A stretch of 45,512 bases of DNA, taken from Burkholderiales bacterium. Its GTDB lineage: Bacteria; Pseudomonadota; Gammaproteobacteria; Burkholderiales; Burkholderiaceae_C. The DNA lies in contig JANPNF010000263.1 in the NCBI GenBank assembly GCA_031427315.1, forward strand, positions 1 through 45,512. The letters are read 5' to 3'. A model generated the notes under the pieces. That model saw only the letters and a program-made list of their open reading frames with translations. It was not told the origin of the DNA and did not search any database. Of this stretch, positions 30,295 through 38,069 are shown piece after piece. Both the position numbers and the translations under genes were made by a program. The stretch's first letter is position 1. Each line of letters begins with the position of its first letter.

Positions 30295-31097
30295 CACAGG
30301 TACGCAAACTCACGCCGCTGCTGACAGCCACGCATCGGTACGACAAATCGATCTCGACCTGGCAGCGCGGGCGCGGTCAGCAAATCGAGGCGCCGATCCT
30401 CGCCTACCTGATCGAGACTGCGAACGGCCGCATCCTGTACGACGTGGGCTGCGACCACGCGAAGATTGCTGATCCGGTTGCCCGCAATCGCCACTACAAC
30501 CCGGCGACCTTCGAGTTTGGCGCGCCCGACATGCGCGAGGAGCAGCGCCTTCCGCGCCATCTGGCGCGGCTCGGCCTGACGCCGGCCGATGTCGACGTGA
30601 TCTTCATCGGCCACCTGCATTTCGACCACGCCGGCGGGTTGCGCGAGCTGCGCCGCTGCGGCTGTGGTGCCGAAATCCATGTGCAGCGTGACGAGATGGA
30701 AGTCGCACTCAGCGGCGCCGACCCGGCGGTGTTCGCCGACGACCTGATCGACGACGTTGGCGCGCCGCTGCAGTTCAGGCTGCAGTCGGGCGAGTACAGC
30801 GTGCTGCCCGGCGTGCAGGCGGTGGCAACGCCTGGCCACACGGTCGGCCACATGTCGATGTGGATCGAGATGCCGAAAGGCCCACCGGTCCTGCTGGCCG
30901 GTGATGCGGCCGATCTGCAGGAAAACATCGACGACGAGGTTGCGCCTGGAACACTGTGGCAGGGCAGCGAGGCGCAGGCCATCGCCAGCATCCGCAAGTT
31001 GAAGGCGCTGGCCGCCGACACCGGCGCCTGGCTGTGGCCGAACCACGATTTCGCGTTCTACCGCTCGCTGCCGGCGTTTCCGCAGTTTGTGGAATGA
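30291..31097 (+). CDS. Metallo-beta-lactamase-fold hydrolase (lactonase-like)
   Basis: HLHFDHAGG (HxHxDH), TPGHTVGH, LLAGD. AAGGAG Shine-Dalgarno and an ATGA overlap with the upstream gene. Confidence 0.82.
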   Translation: MTQVRKLTPLLTATHRYDKSISTWQRGRGQQIEAPILAYLIETANGRILYDVGCDHAKIADPVARNRHYNPATFEFGAPDMREEQRLPRHLARLGLTPADVDVIFIGHLHFDHAGGLRELRRCGCGAEIHVQRDEMEVALSGADPAVFADDLIDDVGAPLQFRLQSGEYSVLPGVQAVATPGHTVGHMSMWIEMPKGPPVLLAGDAADLQENIDDEVAPGTLWQGSEAQAIASIRKLKALAADTGAWLWPNHDFAFYRSLPAFPQFVE

Positions 31098-31897
31098 CCG
31101 TGGGCGACACCGTTCCCGACGTCCCCGAGCGCTACCGCGGGGTGTGGCGGCGCACGCTGCTCGAAACGCCGAATCACCGTGACACCACAACCTGGGTGCA
31201 CTGGCTGCAGACCACGCGCTGGCACGCCGACCTGCGCGTGCCCGCCGCAGCGGAGGCGGGGCGGTCGGCAATCGCGCTCGATGCAATGGGCCCGGCGCAG
31301 CACCTCGCGCTGGCGCAGCAGCAAGGCTTTTTCGGCCGCACCGAGGTTCAGTCGCAGGGGCCGCGCGACATATGCACCTGGCACCGCCGACTCGACCTGC
31401 AGCCGCCAGGGCTGACGCCCGATGCCGGCTGGATGGCCTTCGACGGTGATGACCGCGTCATCGAAACCGGTGTGCACGGCGTGTACCGCGAGGTGTGGGA
31501 ACGCCTACCCGGCTCGACGGGGCGCACGCTGGTGCTGGCCGACACGGCTGCGCCGCCGGGTGACGACGCTGAAGCGACCGCGACAGCACGCGCCTACCTG
31601 CTGCTCGCCGGTGACTGGTTGATGCGCGTGCGACCGCGGCGGGTCGGCTGGCCACCAGGCACGGCCCCGGGCGACACGCTGGGCAGGCTGCTCGCCCTGC
31701 ATCCGGCCTCGGCCACGGCGCTGCTCGACTTCGAGATTTCGTTTGGTCGGCTGCGCAACGGTGCGTGGCACATCGAGCGATCCAGCCTGCCCGAGCTTGA
31801 AGGCCGCACCGAAGCGATGCACTGGCAGCCACTCGATGACCTGCGCACCGAGGTGCGCTGTGACTTGAGCACCTCCGTTTGGTGCATGCTGGACTGA
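31094..31897 (+). CDS. Hypothetical protein, last gene of the riboswitch-2 operon
   Basis: 267 aa, with an ATGA overlap with the MBL gene and codon usage like its neighbours. I recognise no motif in it. Confidence 0.6.
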   Translation: MTVGDTVPDVPERYRGVWRRTLLETPNHRDTTTWVHWLQTTRWHADLRVPAAAEAGRSAIALDAMGPAQHLALAQQQGFFGRTEVQSQGPRDICTWHRRLDLQPPGLTPDAGWMAFDGDDRVIETGVHGVYREVWERLPGSTGRTLVLADTAAPPGDDAEATATARAYLLLAGDWLMRVRPRRVGWPPGTAPGDTLGRLLALHPASATALLDFEISFGRLRNGAWHIERSSLPELEGRTEAMHWQPLDDLRTEVRCDLSTSVWCMLD

Positions 31898-31914
31898 TTT
31901 CCAAGCGGACAGGC

Positions 31915-31930
31915 AGGCACGCCTGTTGCT
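31915..31930 (+). promoter_or_regulatory. Sigma-54 (RpoN) type -24/-12 promoter
   Basis: AGGCAC-GCCTG-TTGCT, intergenic. The predicted transcription start falls inside the palindromic operator that follows. Confidence 0.5.
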
Positions 31931-31937
31931 TCTAGTG

Positions 31938-31965
31938 GTATTACGAATCAAGTAATTCGTAATAC
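31938..31965 (+). promoter_or_regulatory. Perfect palindromic operator with NikR-type geometry
   Basis: GTATTACGAAT-caagta-ATTCGTAATAC has perfect 11-bp arms and can be read as GTATTA-N16-TAATAC (the E. coli NikR box is GTATGA-N16-TCATAC). It is an AT-rich island in GC-rich DNA. TAATAC is repeated directly at 31966-31971. Confidence 0.6.
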
Positions 31966-32035
31966 TAATACGTGCATCGATCGCCTCACGCCGGAATCGA
32001 TTCCATTGCCAAGAAGGCCTCCGCCGTCACCCACC

Positions 32036-33001
32036 ATGAGGGCGCTCCAAATGCTCTTGCCACGCCGGCGACTGATGCCCCGCACCCACTGGTTGCTGGG
32101 CCTGGGGTCGTTCATCGTGCCGCTGCTGATCTGGTGTGTGGTCAGTTACGTGCCCGGCGTCTGGCATCCGCAGATGCGCATCGTCGATGCGGGCGATGTC
32201 GACTACTTCCAGCCGGGCATGCGCGCAGATGTCGACCAGTTCGACAGCGAGGTTCAGGGCCTGCGCGCGAAGGGTGGCCGCGTGCCCATCGGCGTGCTGT
32301 CGAACCCGATCTACCTGCCGGCGCCGCACGAGGTGGCGATCGCTTTCGTGCGCGCGTTCTCGAACACGCCGAAGCAGACCGGCGGCAAGGGCATCCTCGA
32401 CAGCATGGGCGACAGCATCCGGCTGATCGTCTTCGGCTTCCTGCTGTCATCGGTGATTGCGGTGCCGCTGGGCATCGTCTGCGGCACGTATTCAGCGCTG
32501 TCGCGGCTCAACGAGCCCTTCGTCGAGTTCTTCCGCTACCTGCCGGCACCGGCGTTCGGCGCGCTGGCCGTTGCGGTGCTCGGCATCTACGAAGGCCCGA
32601 AGGTGGCGATCATCTTCATCGGCACCTTTTTCCAGCAGGTGCTGGTGGTGGCCAACACCGCGCGCAAGCTCGATTACGCGCTGCTCGAAGCGGCGCTGAC
32701 GTTGGGCACCAAACCCCTGAAGCTGCTGACGCATGTGGTGGTGCCCGGCATCCTGCCCAACCTTTACCGCGACCAGCGCATCCTGCTGGGCTGGGCCTGG
32801 ACGTATCTGGTCGTGGCCGAGCTGATCGGCACCAGCTCGGGCATCACGCTGTTTATCACGCAACAGGCGCGCTTCCAGAATTTCGATGACGTCTACGCCG
32901 CGATCCTGATGATCGGCGTGATCGGCTTCGGCTCCGACCTGCTGCTGGCGCGGCTAGAGCGGGTGCTGTTCCCGTGGGACCGCGGCGCGCTGACCGACTG
33001 A
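32036..33001 (+). CDS. ABC transporter permease (NitT/TauT family), paralog of 15142..16002
   Basis: [24 protein letters not shown]...LGTKP matches the equivalent block of the first permease. Alternative starts are at 32051 (GAGGG Shine-Dalgarno) and 32072. Confidence 0.85.
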   Translation: MRALQMLLPRRRLMPRTHWLLGLGSFIVPLLIWCVVSYVPGVWHPQMRIVDAGDVDYFQPGMRADVDQFDSEVQGLRAKGGRVPIGVLSNPIYLPAPHEVAIAFVRAFSNTPKQTGGKGILDSMGDSIRLIVFGFLLSSVIAVPLGIVCGTYSALSRLNEPFVEFFRYLPAPAFGALAVAVLGIYEGPKVAIIFIGTFFQQVLVVANTARKLDYALLEAALTLGTKPLKLLTHVVVPGILPNLYRDQRILLGWAWTYLVVAELIGTSSGITLFITQQARFQNFDDVYAAILMIGVIGFGSDLLLARLERVLFPWDRGALTD

Positions 33002-33003
33002 CC

Positions 33004-33912
33004 ATGCAGAACCCCGCCGACATTCCGTCGTACCTGACGCAATCGCAGCCGGTGCGCGAGCGCTTCGACCGCCTGAAGCAGCGCAAGGTGATCCTCGACG
33101 TGCAGCAGCTCGGCAAGCGCTTCAGCACCGGGCAGGGCGAGGTCGTGGCGCTGAGGGGCATCGACTTCAAGACCTACCGGCGCGAATTCGTCTGCATCAT
33201 CGGCCCGTCGGGCTGCGGAAAATCGACGCTGATCCGCATCCTGGCCGGACTGGAGACGCAGTCCGAGGGCCGTGTGCTGCTCGACGGCCAGGCGGTCTCC
33301 GGCCCGTGCCGCGACCGCGGCATGGTGTTCCAGGGCTACACGCTGTTCCCGTGGCTCAACGTCAAGCGCAATGTGATGTTCGGTCTGCGGATGAACGGCG
33401 CGAGTTACGGTCAGGCCGAACAGAACGCGATGCAGTGGCTAGATCTGGTGGGCCTGTCGAAATTTGCCGACGCCTACCCGCACCAACTCTCCGGCGGCAT
33501 GAAGCAGCGCGTGGCCATCGCGCGGGCCCTGGCCAACCAGCCACGCATCTTGTTGATGGATGAGCCGTTTGGCGCGCTCGACGCGCAGACGCGCGCCAAG
33601 ATGCAGTCGTACCTGCTGGAGATCTGGAAGAACATCGACATCACCATCGTGTTCATCACCCACGACCTCGACGAAGCGATCTTTCTGGCCGACCGCATCC
33701 TGGTGCTGAAGGCCCACCCGGGCGAGATGCAAGAGCTGATCGAGGTGCCGGTGCCGCGCCCGCGCAGCCCGGGGCAGGTCACCTCGCCGGAGTTCCGCGC
33801 GACCAAGGCGCGGCTCGAAGCGCTGATTCACACGCCGAGCGAGGCCACCGATGAAGACATCGTGCTGCCGCCGATCACCCGTTTGACCGACGTCAGCGAC
33901 AACGTGGAATGA
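33004..33912 (+). CDS. ABC transporter ATP-binding protein (NitT/TauT family)
   Basis: Walker [10 protein letters not shown], signature [15 protein letters not shown], Walker [12 protein letters not shown]. Confidence 0.9.
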   Translation: MQNPADIPSYLTQSQPVRERFDRLKQRKVILDVQQLGKRFSTGQGEVVALRGIDFKTYRREFVCIIGPSGCGKSTLIRILAGLETQSEGRVLLDGQAVSGPCRDRGMVFQGYTLFPWLNVKRNVMFGLRMNGASYGQAEQNAMQWLDLVGLSKFADAYPHQLSGGMKQRVAIARALANQPRILLMDEPFGALDAQTRAKMQSYLLEIWKNIDITIVFITHDLDEAIFLADRILVLKAHPGEMQELIEVPVPRPRSPGQVTSPEFRATKARLEALIHTPSEATDEDIVLPPITRLTDVSDNVE

Positions 33913-33930
33913 CGATGGATCGGAGCCACC

Positions 33931-34701
33931 ATGCAATGGTCTGAACTGACCTGGTCGGAAGTTCCGGACGCGCTCAAATCGGCGATGAGTGCCGCCATCC
34001 TGCCGGTCGGTGCCACCGAACAGCACGGTCCGCACATGGGCTGCGGCATGGACTTCGTGCTCGCCGACAAGCTCTGTCGCGAGGTCGCACAGCGCACCGG
34101 TGTGCCGATGCTGCCGACGCTGCCCTACGGCTGCTCGGTCGGCCACAGCCGGCGCTGGCCCGGCACGCTGGCGGTGCAGCCGATCACGCTGATCGAGCTG
34201 GTCAAGCAGATCGGCGACTGGGCCCACCACAGCGGTGTGCGGCGGCTGTTCATCGTCAACACCCACGTGACGAACGCCGCGCCGCTGCGCTGTGCGCTGG
34301 AAATGCTGCGCGCCGAACACGACGAGATGATGGTGTCGGTCATCAACTCGGCCACGATCAGCCCGCGGGTGCGCCAGTTTCATTTCGCCGACGGCGACGA
34401 CTGGCACGCCAACGACGCCGAGACCTCGCTGATGCTGGCGCTGGCACCGACCATGGTGCGCCCCGAGCGCCTCGGCCAGGCCGACGACATCGATCGCACC
34501 GGCAGCCTGGTGTTCTCGCACCCGGTCAACCGCACCAGCCTGAACGGCGTGACCGGTGCGCCCAGCCTGGCGGCTGCCGATAAGGGCCGTGAATGGTTCG
34601 GCTGGATGGTCGAGGACCTGAGCGAACTGATCACCCGCGGCCTGCACGAAGAACCGCCGCTGGCGCATTCCTATTTCTCCACACACCACCACGAAGGCTG
34701 A
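33931..34701 (+). CDS. Creatininase-family amidohydrolase (divergent second copy)
   Basis: [18 protein letters not shown] keeps the family metal motif, but NTHVTN replaces NGHYEN and the YGYKSQ substrate-side block is absent. GGAG lies 5 nt before the ATG. Confidence 0.8.
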   Translation: MQWSELTWSEVPDALKSAMSAAILPVGATEQHGPHMGCGMDFVLADKLCREVAQRTGVPMLPTLPYGCSVGHSRRWPGTLAVQPITLIELVKQIGDWAHHSGVRRLFIVNTHVTNAAPLRCALEMLRAEHDEMMVSVINSATISPRVRQFHFADGDDWHANDAETSLMLALAPTMVRPERLGQADDIDRTGSLVFSHPVNRTSLNGVTGAPSLAAADKGREWFGWMVEDLSELITRGLHEEPPLAHSYFSTHHHEG

Positions 34702-34706
34702 ACCCC

Positions 34707-36068
34707 ATGCACGCATCCGAAGAAGTCCTGGCCGTCCGCGACCGCTTGAAGGGGCAAGGTGTCAAGTACTGCATCGGCGCCTATGTGGACATCCACGGCA
34801 TCCCGAAAGCCAAGGTGGTGCCGATCGACCACCTGCCTCAGATGGCTGCCGGCTCCGAGCGCTACACCGGCTATGCGCTCGACGGCCTGGGCCAGGCGCC
34901 AAGCGACGACGAGCTGTCGTCGGTGCCCGATCTGGGCCACATCATCCAGTTGCCGTGGGAGCCGAAGATCGCCTGGATGCCGGCTGACAACACCTTTCAA
35001 GGCCGGCCCTACCCGTTGAGCACCCGCGTTGCGCTGAAGAACGTGCTGGCGCAGGCCGCCGAGATGGGGCTGGGCATGAACCTCGGCATCGAGTGCGAAA
35101 TCTACCTGCTGAAGCAGGCAGCCGACGGTACGCTGCAGGTGCCGAACCCGGACGACAAGCTGGTCAAGCCCTGTTACGACGTGCGCGGCTTCGTCGACCA
35201 GTTCAGCTGGCTCGACAAGATGGCCACCGCGATCGACGGCCTGGGCTGGGATCTGTACTCGTTCGACCATGAAGACGGCAACGGCCAGTTCGAGTTCGAC
35301 TTCGCCTACAGCGACGCGCTGCGCACGTGCGACCGCCTGATCTTCTTCCGCTTCATGGCCAAGCACTATGCCAAGGAAGAAGGCCTGCTGGCGACGATGA
35401 TGCCCAAGCCCTTCGGCAACCGCACTGGCACCGGCGCGCATTTCAACATGTCGCTGTACGACCTGAAGACCGGGGCCAACCGCTTCGCCTGCGACCCGAA
35501 GGACGACCCGCGCGGGCTGGGCCTGACCACGATGGGCTACCAGTTCATCGCCGGCATCCTGAAGCACGGTCCGGCACTGTGCGCGGCCTTCGCGCCGACG
35601 GTCAATAGCTACAAGCGGCTGGTGCGCCAGGGCGCGATGAGCTACTTCACCTGGGCGCCGGTGTTCAACTCCTTCGGCTCGAACAACCGGACCAACTCGG
35701 TGCGCGTGCCGGCCGGCGGCGGCCGCTGCGAATCACGCAATGCCGACGGCGCGGTGAATCCGTACCTGGCGGCCACACTGGCTTTGGCCGCCGGCCTTGA
35801 AGGCATCCGCGAGAACCTCGACCCCGGCAAGCCGAACGAGGACAACCTGTACGCGATGTCGGAGGCCGAGCGCCGCGAGCGCGGCATCGCGTTCCTGCCG
35901 CAGACGCTGCACGAGGCGGTCGAGGCTTTCGCGGCCGACCCGCTGGTCGAGAAGACGTTGGGCACCGAGTTGCGCAATGAGTTCATCAAGTACAAGACCG
36001 AGGAGTGGAACGCCTACCACCTGACGGTGAGCCAGTGGGAGGTCGATCGCTACAGCTACATGTTCTGA
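34707..36068 (+). CDS. Glutamine-synthetase-family ATP-dependent ligase (GS-like, 453 aa)
   Basis: GS catalytic blocks are present: [48 protein letters not shown]. It starts 5 nt after the creatininase-family stop. Confidence 0.85.
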   Translation: MHASEEVLAVRDRLKGQGVKYCIGAYVDIHGIPKAKVVPIDHLPQMAAGSERYTGYALDGLGQAPSDDELSSVPDLGHIIQLPWEPKIAWMPADNTFQGRPYPLSTRVALKNVLAQAAEMGLGMNLGIECEIYLLKQAADGTLQVPNPDDKLVKPCYDVRGFVDQFSWLDKMATAIDGLGWDLYSFDHEDGNGQFEFDFAYSDALRTCDRLIFFRFMAKHYAKEEGLLATMMPKPFGNRTGTGAHFNMSLYDLKTGANRFACDPKDDPRGLGLTTMGYQFIAGILKHGPALCAAFAPTVNSYKRLVRQGAMSYFTWAPVFNSFGSNNRTNSVRVPAGGGRCESRNADGAVNPYLAATLALAAGLEGIRENLDPGKPNEDNLYAMSEAERRERGIAFLPQTLHEAVEAFAADPLVEKTLGTELRNEFIKYKTEEWNAYHLTVSQWEVDRYSYMF

Positions 36069-36079
36069 GTTGGCTGTCC

Positions 36080-36097
36080 GCGCGCCAACTGGCGCGC
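36080..36097. terminator. GC hairpin between convergent GS-like and NikR-like genes
   Basis: GCGCGCC-aact-GGCGCGC. No U tract follows. Confidence 0.3.
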
Positions 36098-36184
36098 AGT
36101 GCTGCCGAGGGCGTGGGGTAACCGACCCGGGGGACACGAACGCAACACAGCGGCCCGCCGCAGCGTTCTTGCGCCAACCCAAGA

Positions 36185-36661
36185 TCAGCGCTTCTTAGCG
36201 TGAGGCGGTGGCGATGAATGCAGCGGCGGGATCACCGCGGCCATCAATTGAAGGCGCGCTGTGATCACGCCTTTCAGTGACGTCATGGCATCGACAATGC
36301 CCTGCAGCTTCGGCGCCGGGCCCTGCACCAGGATCACTTCCATCATCTTGTCTTCGGTCAGGTGCACGTGCAGCGAGCTGATGACCTCGGCAATGTTGTC
36401 GTACTGCAGGTCGGACAGCCGCCGCTGCAGGCCGCGCGTGCCGCGGTCGTAGAACAAGGTGATAGTGCCCGCCATCACCTCGTCGCCGAGTTCACGCTTG
36501 TGTTCGACCAGCTGCTGGTTGACCATGTCGCTGATCGCCTGCGAGCGGCTTTCATAGCCGCGGCTGCTGGCCATCTCATCGAGTTCGAGCAGCAGGTCCG
36601 GGTTCATCGAGATGCTGATGCGCACGACGAAACCGTTGGACTTGACGCTCGATCGGGGCAC
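36185..36661 (-). CDS. NikR-family ribbon-helix-helix regulator with an altered metal site
   Basis: The ribbon-helix-helix part RISISMNPDLLLELDEMASSRGYESRSQAISDMV aligns with E. coli NikR [34 protein letters not shown]. The C-terminal ACT-like domain retains LHVH. The GTG start lies 9 nt after the binding-protein stop (alternative GTG at 36625). Confidence 0.8.
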   Translation of the reverse strand: MPRSSVKSNGFVVRISISMNPDLLLELDEMASSRGYESRSQAISDMVNQQLVEHKRELGDEVMAGTITLFYDRGTRGLQRRLSDLQYDNIAEVISSLHVHLTEDKMMEVILVQGPAPKLQGIVDAMTSLKGVITARLQLMAAVIPPLHSSPPPHAKKR

Positions 36662-36670
36662 GACCGGACC

Positions 36671-37660
36671 TTACTTGGGCAGGTACGACGCATCGATGTA
36701 GCTGTCGACATCCTGCGCTGCCTTGTAGACCCCGTTGGCCACATTGAAGTCGTCGGCCACCTTCGACGAGCCCGACAACGAGCCGAAGCCCGGCGCCTTG
36801 ACGAAGATCTTCTTGCTGTCCGCCAGCGTCAGTAGCTTCGTGCCCTTGAGCAGCGGCAGGTATTCGGCCGGCTTCAGACCGACGCGCGCCGACATGATCT
36901 TCAGCGCGTCGGGCTGCGTCTTCGGGTCGTTGATGTAGGCCACCACCTTGTCCCAGACCAGCACGACTTTCTTCCAGTCTTCCTTGCGCTTCGCCAGGCT
37001 GGTCGGGTTGACGCCAACGATGTCGTAGATCAGGCCGGGTTCTTCCGCGGAGGTGTAGAGCGGTTTCGCGCCGGGCGAGCCCTTCATCGCCTGACCCGAG
37101 ATCGGCTGCCAGGCGCCGATGGCCGAGATGTCTTTCGAAGCCAGAATCTGCGGCATCTCGTTGGTCTTGGCGTTGACCAGCGTGACATCGGCTTCCTTCA
37201 TGCCGGCCTTCTTCAGCCCGTTGAGCAGCAGCAGGTGCTCGACCAGCCCGAATTCAACCGCGACCTTCTTGCCCTTCAGGTCTTTCAGCGTCTTGATGCC
37301 TGGCTTGCCGACAATCATGTCGTTGCCGTTGGAGTAGTCGGTCAGCACGATCGCCACGCTTTTGCCGCCACCGGCACCTGTCACCAGTGCGTCGCCGTTG
37401 GTCATGCACACCGCGTCGATCTTGCCGGCGGTGAACGCGTCCAGCGAAGCCGAGTAGTCGAACCACTCCAGCTTCACGTCGACACCGGCGTCCTTGAAAA
37501 ACCCCTTGTCCTGCGCCACCTGCCAAGCAACCCAGCCTGGCCAGTCGCTGTAGCCGATCTTCAGCGGCTCGGCCGCCCGCGTGGGCAGCACGGTCAGCGA
37601 CAGCGCCGCCGGGATCAAGGACGTAAAGAGCCGGCGGCTCACGCGAAACATGGAAGTCAT
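36671..37660 (-). CDS. ABC transporter substrate-binding protein (NMT1/THI5-like), paralog of 24240..25292
   Basis: MTSMFRVSRRLFTSLIPAALSLTVLPTRAAEPLKIGYSDWPGW... has a twin-arginine-like SRRLF motif. A GGAA Shine-Dalgarno precedes the ATG at complement 37658-37660. The rest of the listed 519-aa ORF is an extension. Confidence 0.85.
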   Translation of the reverse strand: MTSMFRVSRRLFTSLIPAALSLTVLPTRAAEPLKIGYSDWPGWVAWQVAQDKGFFKDAGVDVKLEWFDYSASLDAFTAGKIDAVCMTNGDALVTGAGGGKSVAIVLTDYSNGNDMIVGKPGIKTLKDLKGKKVAVEFGLVEHLLLLNGLKKAGMKEADVTLVNAKTNEMPQILASKDISAIGAWQPISGQAMKGSPGAKPLYTSAEEPGLIYDIVGVNPTSLAKRKEDWKKVVLVWDKVVAYINDPKTQPDALKIMSARVGLKPAEYLPLLKGTKLLTLADSKKIFVKAPGFGSLSGSSKVADDFNVANGVYKAAQDVDSYIDASYLPK

Positions 37661-37677
37661 TGCGGGGTTCCTTTGTC

Positions 37678-37705
37678 GTGTTACGGGGGCGTCTGTCGGT
37701 AATAC
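37678..37705 (-). promoter_or_regulatory. Second NikR-geometry operator
   Basis: GTGTTA-N16-TAATAC, with extended arms GTGTTAC / GTAATAC. It lies 18-45 nt upstream of the binding-protein start codon. Confidence 0.5.
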
Positions 37706-37724
37706 CGAGAACGCCAAAAGCGTA

Positions 37725-37740
37725 AGCAATACTGAGGCCA
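37725..37740 (-). promoter_or_regulatory. Sigma-54 (RpoN) type -24/-12 promoter
   Basis: The minus strand reads TGGCCT-CAGTA-TTGCT. It faces the binding-protein/NikR-like operon, and the operator lies just downstream of it. Confidence 0.45.
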
Positions 37741-37774
37741 CCATCGTCTGCCTTTCTTTTTTCAGGATCTCCCC

Positions 37775-38065
37775 ATGATCGTTCGCATTGAAATTGACAC
37801 CCCGCCGGGCGGCCTGTTCGACTACCGGGTCACCGACGAAGGCGAGACGCTCTACACCGATGCTGAACTGCCGTCGCTTGCCGACGCGCTGGTCGCGGCG
37901 GTGGAAGGGCTGGCGCCTGAGGTCGTCGGAGCCGAGGTCTGGTTCCGCGGCGTGGTGTCGGGCACCTATCCGCTGCATGTCATTGCCGTCAACCACGCGC
38001 AGATCGCCACCCATGCGGCCAACACCACCGCGGCGATTTTCGAAGGTCTCGCGCGGCCCGACTGA
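37775..38065 (+). CDS. Small hypothetical protein (96 aa)
   Basis: AGGA lies 8 nt upstream of the ATG and codon bias is coding-like. It is divergent from the binding-protein operon. No motif recognised. Confidence 0.55.
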   Translation: MIVRIEIDTPPGGLFDYRVTDEGETLYTDAELPSLADALVAAVEGLAPEVVGAEVWFRGVVSGTYPLHVIAVNHAQIATHAANTTAAIFEGLARPD

Positions 38066-38069
38066 ACGA

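Noticed and set aside
25175-31286. Minus-strand ORFs 25175..26758, 27915..29165, 28607..29770 and 30000..31286
   Set aside because: All are antisense to motif-bearing, translationally coupled plus-strand genes. Their translations are Arg/Ala/Gly-rich and have no recognisable domains.
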